Shown here: in pieces, positions 21,901 through 33,900 of the stretch
Position numbering within the stretch: position 1 is the first letter of the stretch
How the letters are laid out: each line of letters opens with the position of its first letter
Origin: Rebecca billardiae RCC1528
Lineage: Eukaryota; Protista; Haptophyta
DNA length: 64,000 nucleotides
Assembly (NCBI GenBank): GCA_965240325.2
Contig: OZ251236.1
Coordinates: forward strand, 1,364,001 to 1,428,000
Reading direction: 5' to 3'
Notes under the pieces: model-generated
What the model was told of the DNA's origin: nothing
Databases searched by the model: none
The model's input: only the letters and a program-made list of their open reading frames with translations
Program-made: the position numbers and the translations under genes

Positions 21901-24900
21901 GACAGCGGCGGCGTGCGCGAGAGCGTGCTCAACAGCACGGGCGCTGTCGAGCCGGCGCTCTCGCCCGAGGGCAACTGGCTCTTCGAGCTCGAGCCGCTCG
22001 GCGGCGGCGTGTTCGAGCTCGGCTTCCGGCCCAACACGCCGAGCGGCGCGTGGCCGCAGGCGGGCGAGCTGCGCGTCGCGTTCATGGTCGAGACGACCGA
22101 CGCGCTCGGCGGCACGGAGGACGCGCGCGCCGCGCCCTTCCTCGGCTCGTCTGCTGATCCGTACGGCGCCGGCGGCTTCTCCTTCTCGCCGATACTGAGC
22201 GTGGACGTCTCGCTGGGCGCGGTGCCGCCGCCGAGCGCGCCGCCGCCGCCGCCGCCGCCGAGCGCGCCGCCGCCGCCGCCGCCGCCGAGCGTGCCGCCGC
22301 CGCCGCCGCCGAGCGTGCCGCCGCCGCCGCCGCCGAGCATGCCGCCGCCGCCGCCGCCGAGCGTGCCGCCGCCGCCGCCGCCGAGCGTGCCGCCGCCGCC
22401 GCCGCCGAGCGTGCCGCCGCCGCCGCCGCCGAGCGTGCCGCCGCCGCCGCCGCCGAGCGTGCCGCCGCCGCCGCCGCCGAGCGTGCCGCCGCCGCCGCCG
22501 CCGAGCGTGCCGCCGCCGCCGCCGCCGAGCGTGCCGCCGCCGCCGCCGCCGCCGCCGAGCGTGCCGCCTCCGCCTCCGCCGAGCGTGCCGCCTCCGCCGC
22601 CGCCGAGCGTGCCGCCGCCGCCGCCGCCGAGCGTGCCGCCGCCGCCGCCGCCGAGCGTGCCGCCGCCGCCGCCGCCGAGCGTGCCGCCGCCGCCGCCGAG
22701 CGTGCCGCCGCCGCCGCCGCCGAGCGTGCCGCCGCCGCCGCCGCCGAGCGTGCCTCCGCCGCCGCCGCCGAGCGTGCCGCCGCCGCCGCCGCCGAGCGTG
22801 CCTCCGCCGCCGCCGCCGAGCGTGCCGCCGCCGCCGCCGCCGAGCGTGCCGCCGCCGCCGCCGCCGAGCGTGCCGCCGCCGCCGCCGCCGAGCGTGCCTC
22901 CGCCGCCGCCGCCGAGCGTGCCGCCGCCGCCGCCGCCGAGCGTGCCGCCGCCGCCGCCGCCGAGCGTGCCGCCGCCGCCGCCGCCGAGCGTGCCGCCGCC
23001 GCCGCCGCCGAGCGTGCCGCCGCCGCCGCCGCCGAGCGTGCCGCCGCCGCCGCCGCCGCCGCCGAGCGTGCCGCCGTCGCCGCCGCCGAGCGTGCCTCCG
23101 CCGCCGCCGCCGAGCGTGCCTCCGCCGCCGCCGCCGAGCGTGCCGCCGCCGCCGCCGCCGAGCGTGCCGCCGCCGCCGCCGCCGAGCGTGCCGCCACCGC
23201 CGCCGCCGAGCGTGCCGCCGCCGCCGCCGCCGAGCGTGCCTCCGCCGCCGCCGCCGAGCGTGCCGCCGCCGCCGCCGCCGAGCGTGCCGCCGCCACCGCC
23301 GCCGAGCGTGCCGCCGCCGCCATTGGAGCCGCGGCCTCCGCCCTCGCCGCCGCCCCCGCCGCCGCCACCAGGACCGCCACCGGCGCCGCCACCGCCGCCG
23401 CAGCCGCCACCGCCTCCGCCGAGCCCGCCGCCGAGCCCGCCACCAAGACCGCCGCCGCCGCCGCCGCCTGCGCCGCCCCCAAGCCCGCCACCGCCGCCGC
23501 GAACGCAGCCGTTCCCGCCGCCGAGCTCACCGCGCCCGCCTCCCAGCCCGCCGCCACCGCCACCGCCAGCCCCACCCCCGAGCCCGCCGCCCAGCCCGCC
23601 GCCGCCGCCGCCGCTGCCGCCACCGAGCCTGCCGCCGCCGCCGCCGCCGACTCCACCGCCGAACCTACCACCGCCGCCAAGCTTGCCGCCAAGCCTGCCG
23701 CCGCCGCCGCCCTCTCCGCCGCCCTCCCCGCCGCCGAGCCCGCCCCCGCCGCCGTCGCTGCCACCAAGCCCACCGCCGAGCCCGCCACCGAGCCCGCCGC
23801 CACCGAGCCCGCCGCCGCCGCCCACACCTCCGCCGAGCCCACCACCACCGCCGCGCACCGAGCCGTTCCCTCCGCCGAGCCCGCCGAGCCCGCCGCCGAG
23901 CCCGCCGCCGTCGCCTCCGCCGCTGCCGCCGCCGAGCCCGCCGCCGAGCCCGCCGCCGAGCCCGCCGCCGAGCCCGCCGCCGAGCCCGCCGCCGCCGAGC
24001 CCGCCGCCGCCTTCGCCGCCACCCACGCCGCCGCCCTTGCCGCCACCCTCGCCGCCGCCGCCCTCGCCGCCGCCCTCGCCGCCACCGCCCCCACCGCCCA
24101 GCCCGCCGCCCAGCCCGCCGCCACCCTCCCCGCCACCGAGCCCGCCGCCGACCCCGCCGCCCAGCCCGCCGCCCTCGCCGCCGCCGCCCAGCCCGCCGCC
24201 ACCGCCGCCGCCCTCGCCGCCGCCGCCCAGCCCTCCGCCGCCCAGCCCGCCGCCCCCGCTGCGCGAGAACGCCACCACCTTCACCGCGGTCGTGGCCGTG
24301 CCGCAGCAGCTCGCGCTCGGCCCGGAGTGGTGGCTGCCGGACGGCTCGCGGCTCAAGTGGCTGCCCGCCGCGGAGGGCGGCGGCGGCGTGAACTGCTCCG
24401 CGCCCGCGCTCGACGCGTACGGCGCCGAGCAGACGCTCGTCGGCGGCAACGCCACGTTCACCTTCGCCGAGCCCGCGTGGGCGCTGCGCTTCTGCTACTT
24501 CGCGCCCGTCGGCAGCGGCAGCCCGGGCGCGGGCGCGTGGACGGAGGAGCCCACGTACTACCTGGATGCGCAGGAGGTGCTGGGCAGCTCTCGCGCGTTC
24601 GTGGTCGAGGGCGTGCTCTCGCGCGTCACCTTCTCGGGCATCGGCGTCAAGACGGGCGACGCCGCCAAGTTCGTGGCCGCGGCGGACGCCGCCTCGCTCG
24701 GCTGCGCGGACGCGCCCGCCGCGCACGACGGCGGCGCCGCGCTCTCGCTCGTCGGCTCGCGCGTACAGCCGACGTTCCCCGAGCGCACGACGGGGCTGGT
24801 TTTGTGCTACCGCTTCCGCACGCACGCGTACAAGCTGTACGCCGCGATCACGCTCGACGTGTACGGCCTCGGCGGCGCGCCCACCGCGTTCACGTTCGTC

Positions 24901-27900
24901 GCAGGCGTGGCCGAGGCCGTGTCGCTCAGCGGCGAGGGGCTGGCCGCGGGCGACGTGATCAAGTGGGTGCCGGCGGGCGCGAGCAGCTGCGCGCTCACGG
25001 AGGATGCTGCCCTGGGCGGGCTCATCACGCTGCCCACCGCCGGACAGAGCCCCGCCTTCGCCATCGGCTCGGGCGCGCTCGGCCTGCAGCTGTGCTTCAA
25101 GTTTGGCGGCCGGCCGTTCAAACTCTACCCGACGCACACGCTGGACGTGCTGCAACTCACCGGGCCGGTCGCGACGCTCGGCGTGGTGGGTGTGGCCGAG
25201 CGCGTGACGTTCAGCGGCGTCGGGCTCGCGCCCGGCGACCGCGCCTTCTGGCTGCTGCCCGGCGCGGCCACCGCCGCCGCGTGCGCCGAGGACGGCCCCA
25301 GCAGCGCGCGCGCCTCGGCGGTGTCCACCGTGGACGCGCAGCTGGCGGCCAACTTCAGCGTGCCCGCCGCGGGTCTCGGGCACGCGGTGTGTTACGCGCA
25401 CGGCGCCGAGCCGTTCGCGCTGTACGGCGGCATCGCGCTCGACGTGCACGAGGTCTCGTCGCCCGCGGCCTCGCGCGCCGTCGTCGGGCTGCCCGCCGCG
25501 GTCGCCTTTGGCGGCGTGGGCGTGTCGCTCGAAGGCTCCGCCTTCTTCTGGGCGGAGGGCGCGGCCGCCTGCCTCGCGGGCGCGGCCGTCGCGGCGTACG
25601 GCGGCGAGCGCAACATGAGCGGCAGCGTGGGCGCGTTCGAGCTGCTCGCGCCGCCGCCCACCTCCGCGCCGCTCGGGCTGTGCTACCGCTTCGGCCCGTC
25701 CGAGCCGTGGGCGCACTTCCCCGCCGTCTCGCTCGAGCCGCTGCACGTGAGCGCGCCCGCGCTCTCTGCGGTCGTGGTGGGCGTGCCGGAGACGCTGAGC
25801 TTCGAGGGGTACGGGCTGGGCGAGGGCGACACGGCCAAGTGGCTCAGCCCGGGCGCGAGCGACTGCTCGGCCACGCCCGCCGGCTTCGGCGGCGAGCAGG
25901 CCGTCTCGGCGGCCGGCACCGCCACCTTTGACTTCAGCGCCGCCGGCCTCGGCCTCGAGCTCTGTTTCACGTTTGCGGGCGCGCCGCCGCGGCTGTACAG
26001 CGCGGGCTCGGGCGCGGCGCGGCTGCTCGACGCGCACGCGGTGCAGGGCCCCGCGGCCACGGTCGCCGTCGTTGGCGTGGCGGAGGCCGTCCTCTTCACC
26101 GGCGTGGGCATCGGCGAGGGCGACGCCGCGTACTGGGTGCCCGCCGGCACGGCATCGTGCGCCGACGCGCCGCCCTCGTCCGCGTACGGCGGCGCGCAGA
26201 ACGTGAGCGCGGCCGGCGGCGCGAGCTTCACGTTCACGCAGACGACCGCGTCCGAGCCGGACGGGCTCGTGCTGTGCTATGCCTTCGCGGGCGAGCCGTA
26301 CGCGCTCTTCGCCGCCGTCGCGCTCCACGCGTACGACGTGGACGGCCCTGCGTTCACGCGCGCCGTCGTCGGCGTCGCCGAGACGGTGGCCTTCTCCGGG
26401 CACGGCGTGAGCGCGGCCGACTCGGCCAAGTGGGTGCTGGGCAGCGCGACGGACTGCTCCACGACCAACAGGCGGTACGGCGGCGTGCGCACCGTCGACG
26501 CCGCCTCGAGCGTCTCCGTGAGCTTCAGCGCCACCGGCCTTGGCCTGCGGCTGTGTTACGCGTTTGCGGGCGAGCCGTACAAGCTGTACGCGGCCCTCAC
26601 GCTCGACGCGGTGCAGGCGCAGACGCCCGCGTCCACGCTCGCGGTGGTGGGCGTGGCCGAGCCGGTGACGTTCGGCGGGGTCGGGCTGAGCGCGGGCGAC
26701 CAGGCCTTCTGGGCCGCGTTCAACAACACGGCGATCGACTGCGCGGCCGAGCTCAGCGCGGCCGACACGCTGTCGGGCGCGTACGGTGGCGTGCAGACGC
26801 TCGACGGCTCGCTCGGCGCGACGTTCACGTTTGGCGCGGCGCACGCGGACCTGCGGTTGTGCTTCAAGCACGCGGACGAGCCGTACACGTACCGCGCCGG
26901 GCTGCGCCTCGTCGCGGCCGAGGTGCAGGGCCCGGCGTCCACGGTCGCGGTCGCGGGCGTCGCCGAGCCGTTCAGCGTGCAGGGCGTGGGCGTGAGCGCG
27001 GCCGATGCGGGCTACTGGGTGCGCGCCGCGGCGGACTGCCCGGCGGGCGGAGGCGGCGAGCTCGCCGAGCTCGGCGGCGCGTTCGCCGTCGGCGCGGCGG
27101 GCGGCGCCTCCTTCACGCCGACCGTCGCCGCCTTCGGCCTCAGCCTGTGCTACCGCTTCGCCGCGGAGGCGTGGGCGCACTACGCGGACGTGACGCTCGA
27201 CGTGTTCGCTCTCTACTCGTACACGGGCGGTACGCGCGCGGTCGTGGGCAGCGCCAAGGCGGTGACGTTTGTGGGCGACGGCGTGAGCAGCGACGACCGC
27301 GCGTACTGGGCGCCCGCGGGCACCGCCTCGTGCGCGCTGCAGCCGCCGCTCGTGCAGTGGGGCGGCAGCAAGGCGGTGAGCGCGGCCGCGCGCGCGTCGT
27401 TCACATTCCTGCCCGGCACGGGCGCCCTCGGGTACGTTCTTTGCTACCGGTTCGGCGCGGAGCCATACACGCTGTACGCCAACCTGACGCTGGACGTGCT
27501 GCAGATCTCCGGCCCGTTCGTCGTGCTCGCCGTCGTCACCGTCGAGGAGTCGATCACCTTCCAGGGCGTCGGCCTCGGCGAGGGCGACGAGGCGTACTTT
27601 GTGCCGAGGGGCGCGGGCGCGGCCGGCTGCGCCGAGGCCAACCGGATCTCGGGCGACGCGAACGCGCTGATCAGCGGCGGCGTGGGCGCGTTCACGTTCC
27701 CCGCGGTCGCGACGGGCCACCGCCTGTGCTACCGCTTCGGCCCCGCGTCCGAGGGCCTGCCCTGGCGCCAGTTCGCCTCGATCACCCTCTCGGTCACGCT
27801 GCCGGACGACCCGTTCGCGCTCGCCGCCTTCAGCGCCCTCACGCCCACCGGCGCGCCGATCGGGAGCGGGTTTGGGTCGACGAGCGTCACCGTGGTCGGC

Positions 27901-30900
27901 TCCGGCTTCGACCTGGGCGCGCAGACCAAGGCTGGCATCATCTACTGCATCTTCTCCGACGGCGCGTCCGAGGCGCGCGTGCTGGTGGACACGATCACGC
28001 CCACGCAGATCAACTGCACCGCGCCCGCGCTCGACGCCGAGGCGCTGCGCTCGCTCTCGCTCGTCGCGGACGAGACGGACTCGAGCGGCGACCCGCGCGA
28101 GCCCGTCGCGATCACCAACGAGTTCGCCTACTTCGACATGGGCGCGGTGAGCGTCACCGAGCTGATGCCGCCGGGCGCGCCGCAGGGCACGCAGGACGCG
28201 CTGCTCGCGGTGCGCGGCACCAACTTCACAGACTACGGCGGCCTCACCTGCGCCTTCATCGGGCCAAACTTTGGCGGCGGGCGCGTGGAGGTGGCGGCGA
28301 CGCTGCCGGACGCGGGCAGCGCCGAGGTGCTCTGCACCGCGCCGTACGTCTCGCCGCTCGTCACGCCGGGCGACATCGCGGTCGAGCTCTCGCTCAACGG
28401 CCAGGCGTTCACCGACGACGGCGCGCAGTTCACGCTGTACACGGCGCTCGTCTCCGCGGCCGAGCCGAGCGGCGCGCCCGTCGGCGGCGCCGACCCCGCA
28501 GTCACGCTGTACGGCTCGGGCTTCCTCGAGCTCGGCGCGACGCGCTGCTACTACACCTCCGCGGCCGGCGCCGTCGTCGAGTCCGCCGGCGAGGTGCTCG
28601 ACGCCTCGACGGCGACGTGCGACTCGCCCTCGGGCGCGAGCGCAGACGCGTACACCGTCTCGCTCTCGCTCAACGGCGGCGTCAACCTCGTGCCCGTGCT
28701 CTTCGACGAGATCGGCTTCGAGCTGTACGACATGGCGGACGTGGCGGTGACCAAGCTCGTGCCGCCCGGCGGGCCGGTCGCGGGCGGCACGCGCGTCACC
28801 GTCTTCGGCGCGGGCTTCGACGAGTACGGGGACGCGTCGAGCGACAGCAGCCGCCGGCTGTGCTGCGTGCTCGACGGCGCGGGCGCGTGCACGGCGCACG
28901 CGACGCTGCTCGCCGACGCGGCGGACGGCTCGTCGCGCGCGCTGTGCACGGTGCCGCCGGCGCGGCTCGCGGGCAACGTGACGCTCGACATCTCGCTCAA
29001 CAACGGCACGCTCGCCTCCACCACGGACTCGGCCGTGCGCTTCGTGTACCACGACGAGCCGACGCTGCTGAGCGTCAGCCCGGCCGTCGGCGACGCGATC
29101 GGCGGCACGACCGTCACGCTCACGGGCTCGGGCTTCGCCGCGCTCGCCGAGGCGGCCGTGGGGTACGGCGCGGACCCGGCCTCGTTCCTGCGCGTGCGCT
29201 TCGGGCCGACGACCGCCGCGGCGCCGCTCTCGTTCAACGACACGCACATCGTGCAGCTGTCGAGCTGGGGCGCGGAGGGCGGCGCGGCGGTGCGCGTGAG
29301 CCTCAACGGGCGCCAGTTCGCGCCCACCGACGCGGCGGCCGCGCCGACGTTCAGCTTCCAGGGGCTGCACGCGCCCGAGGTCTCCGAGGCCCTCTTCACC
29401 GACGAGGGCACCGCGCTCAAGGTCGTGCTCGACGGGCAGGACACGAACCGCGGCGGCATGGTCGGGCTGGGCGGCTGCTCCGCCGTGCTCGACGACGCGA
29501 GCGTGTCGCTCATCCAGGGCGCCGCGAGCGCCGAGCCGCTCTGCTTCTGGCAGGACAGCTCGACGATCGTCGCGCAGCTCAACTCGCTCACGGCGCTGCG
29601 GCCGGGCGACACCGTCTCGCTCCGAGCCGACGTGATCACGCCGCTGCTGTACACGGGCGCGTGCCCCGGCACGCGCGGGCTGTGCGCGTCGGGCTCGGCC
29701 GAGATCGACGCCGACTTCCCGTGCGCCTCGTGCCCCACGCCCGTCGCGGACATCTCCGGCCCGAGCCAGATCTCGCAGTGCCCGAACGAGGTGCTGCGCC
29801 TCGACGGCACCGCGTCGTCCGGCGGCGGCGCCGTGCCGCTCACGTACACGTGGCGCGTCGACCCGAGCCGCTCCGACTTTGCGGACGCGATCAACGCGCA
29901 GCTCGCGACGCAGACCGGCCCGGTGGTCGAGCTCAGCGCGCTGCAGGGCGACAGCTACGTCTTCCTGCTGCGCGTCTCGTCCTTCCTCGGGCGGCGCTCG
30001 GCGCTGGTCGAGTGGCCCGTCTCGCGCGGCGGCGGCGCGTCGCCCGCGCTCGCCATCGACGGCCCGAGCGTGCAGCTCGCGCGCCCGTCGGAGGAGCTGC
30101 TGCTGCAGGGCGTCGCGACGCTCGCCGACTGCTGGCCCGTGGCGCAGGACGCCGACGTCGTCTTCTCGTGGAGCTACCTCGGCTCGAGCGTGAGCGCGAG
30201 CGGCGCGGCCGCGGGGCTCGCGCTGCCGCTCGACGAGCCGGACAAGTCCGGGCTGCTCATCCCCGCGTTCACGCTGCTCTCGGGCTACTCGTACGAGCTG
30301 CAGCTCGACGCGTACATGCTGGCCGAGCCGAGCGCGGCGACGAGCGCGAGCGTGACGGTGTCCGTCGAGGCGCAGGAGCTGCAGATCATCATCGCGGGCA
30401 GCGACCGGCAGACCTCGGCGGACGCGGCCGTCTCGATCGACGCGTCCAACTCGTTCGACCCCAACGTGCCCACGCTGGAGGGCAAGAGCGGCCTGAGCTT
30501 CGCGTGGGCGGTGGCGCTGAGCGCGAACGGCACGGCGGGCGAGGCGGTAGCGTTCGACGCCGCGCTCGGCGTCGACCTGACGACGAGCGTGCTCGCGCTG
30601 CCCGCGAGCGCGCTGCCCGCGGGCGAGTACGTCGTGACGCTCACCCTCTCGAAGCCGGGCATCGCCGCCGCGTCCTCCTCGCTCGAGCTGCAGGTGGTCG
30701 GGGCGTCGAACTTGCCGACGATCACCTTCGAGCCGCTCACCGCGCTCAAGTACAACCCGACGTGGGAGCTGCCGACCGAGCGCGTCACCGTCTCCGCTAG
30801 CGTGGGCGGCCAGGGCCAGAGGTCGTACGCGTGGCGCGCGTACGTGAACGTGGACGGGGTGCGCTCAGCGTCGGCGCTCGACCTCGCCGACACGGCGACG

Positions 30901-33900
30901 ACGACGACGGGCGCGGACAAGGCGAACCTCGCGTTCCGCAGCGGCGTGCTCACGCCGGGCGCGCAGTACACCTTTGAGCTCACCGCGAGCGTCGGCGGCG
31001 CGGACGCGGTCGGCAGCGTGGACGTGCTCATCAACAAGCCGCCGTTCGGCGGCTCGCTCAGCGTCGAGCCGGCGTCGGGCGGCAGCGCGCTCGAGACGGC
31101 GTTCTCGCTGCAGGCGCTCAGCTGGACCGACGACGCCTCCGACCTCCCGCTCGAGTACGCGTTCTCGTACACGTTCGCGGCGGACGGCGCGGGCGCGCTG
31201 CCCAAGGCGCTCTCCGCGACCGTGCGCTCGCCCACGCTGCTCGACGCGTACCTGCCCGAGGGCGCGCTCACGCTGCGCGTGCGCGTCTTCGACTTCTGGG
31301 GCTCGTCGGTCGACGCGACCGCGGGCGCGACGGTGCTCGCGCCCTCGTCCATCGACTGCGACGCGATCATCGCGCAGGCGCAGGGGCAGGTGGCGATTGG
31401 CAACGTGGCGCGCTCGATGCAGCTGCTCGCAGCGCTCGCGCAGGACGGCAGCTGCACCAACTCCGGCGCGCGCCGCCGCCGGCTGGGCGAGGCGGCGCGG
31501 CCCGTGCCGCGCGGCGCGCCGCGCCACGCGCGGCGCGCGCTGCAGGCGGCCAACGCCACCAACGGGACCGCGGCCAACTTCACGTGCGACGTGGCCGAGT
31601 CGGTGGTCGAGGAGATGCTGACGATCGTGGGCAGCGCGGGCAACGCCTCCGTCTCGACCGCCACCGGCCGGAAGCAGCTCGCCGGCGCGATCGCCGACAT
31701 CTTGCTCGGCACAAACTCGAGCGAGCTCACGCCGTGCGCGCAGCTCGAGGCGCTCTCGCTCGCGCTCTCGCTCATCCTCGACTCGACGAGCTCGGGGATG
31801 GACGAGAGCGCCGCCAGCGCGCTCTTCTCGTCGGTGCTCTCCGTGCTCGGCGCCAACGCGAGCGCGCTCGACCCGACCGTGCTGGGCGCGATCAACACGC
31901 TCGCGACCGACTCCGCGTCCGGCCTGGCCGCCTCGTTCCTCACGGGCAAGGTGGCGGGGGAGGAGTTCGACGAGATCACGGGGGACGGGCTGGCGCTCTC
32001 GGCCGGGCGCTCGTCCTCCGTCGCCAACTCGAGCATCGCCGCGCCCGGCGGCAGCGGCGGCATCGCCGTGCCGATCAGCGCGCTCGACGACGTGCAGAAC
32101 GCCTCGGTGGTGGACGTGGTGCAGTACCTGTTTGCGCGCAACACGAACGGCGACCCGACGGCGCAGCTCGGGCTGGGCGAGCTGCAGACGCCGGTGTACT
32201 CGATCACCTTCTCCTCGGCGTCCACGGGATCCGAGCTCTCCGTCGCCGGCCTCGACGAGCCCATCGTGATCGCGATCCCGCTCACCGCGTCGCACGAGCT
32301 GCAGTACGGCGCGTCGGGCGTGTGCGCAGAGTTCGACCGCTGCAACGGCCGCGGCGCGTGCGTGCTCGAGCCGCACAACGCGAGCGCGCTCGCCCTCGAC
32401 CCGAACGCGACGGCGCCCGGCGCGGCGTGCGTGTGCGACGCGCCGTGGTACGGCCCGAGCTGCCTCGAGCGCGCCGTGTGCCACTTCTGGGACGTGGCGG
32501 AGGGCGCGTGGTCGACCGACGGCTGCTCGACCGTGCCCACGCCGCCGGGCGGCGACAACACGACGCTGTACTGCGCGTGCACGCACCTCACCGAGTTCGG
32601 CGGCGTGAGCGTGCCCACCAGCCCCGCCGAGTTCCGCGAGGACGCGTCGGCGGTGAACGTGAACACGCTCTCCACCGACGACGCGACCGCCATCTTCACG
32701 ACGCCGCCCGATCAGCTGCTGGCGGAAAACCCGTCAATCTTCATCCTCGTGTTCACGCTGCTCGGCTGCACCGTGCTGTTCGTGATCCTCGGCTACGTCA
32801 AGGACGCGCACGACGACCGGGTGCGCGCGTCCAAGGTGGCGGCGGGCGAGGCGGCCGAGGAGGACAAGCCCGAGGCCGCGGAGGACAAGATGGAGCGGCG
32901 GCTCGACGAGCTCGACCGGCGCGTGCTCGAGGCGCGCGCCAAGGCGGCACGCGTGATCTCCTCGCGGGTGAAGGGCAAGGTGGTGCGCACGCAGACGGCC
33001 AAGGCGCGCGAGCTGGCCAAGGAGGACCCGGCGGCGGCGCGCCGCTCGATCCAGGAGATGGAGGCCGAGCGCGAGCAGCTCGCGCAGGAGCAGGCGCGCG
33101 CCGACAGCGCCAAGCCCAAGGACCACTACCTCACGCGCGCGATGCGCGCGATGCGCAGCGCGGTCGAGTCCGACCACACCGTGCTCGGCCTCTACTACGG
33201 CCACGACCGCGAGATCCGGCGGCCGCAGCTCGTGATGATCCTGATGACGCTGCTGATGCTCGAGGTGCTGATCGAGTGCATGCTCTTCACGCCCGACGAC
33301 CCCGCGGACGCGGGCAAGCCCGTCAACCTCGTCGTGATCGTCTTCAACGCCTTCATCTGCGCGGGCCTCGCCGCGCCCGCCATCGTCATCATGAAGCTGC
33401 TCTGGAACTGGGGCTACGAGAAGCCCGCGCCCATACTCCGGCGGCTCGGCCGGATCGCGACCAAGGCGACCGCGCCGGGCGCGAAGGCGAAGCGCAAGAA
33501 CATGATCCGCCGCTCCATGAACATGGGAGACCTGACCTCCCCGAGGCCGGGGACTGCGGGCAGCGGCCGCTCGACGGGCAGCGACGGAGCCGCCGCGAGC
33601 GCGGGCGTGCGGCTCGGCGCGCCCGCCGGCGCCGCCGCGCCTGACCGCGCCAAGCCGGCGCCGCCGCCACCGCCCTCGCCGCCGCGTCCCACGCCCCCTG
33701 GCCGATCGGGGCCGCGCTCGCCCTTCGCCCGCCCGCCGGCGCGCCTGCGGCCGGCGGCCGTCGCGCCGGTCAGCCCCGAGGTCGACGGCGACGACGACAT
33801 CGAGTCTGTGCGGCTGGCGGACTCGCCGCGGGGCACGCCGCCCGGCAGCCCGGCGGGCGGCAGCGGCGCGGGCTCGCCGGCGTCGCCCTCGGTGCGCGTC

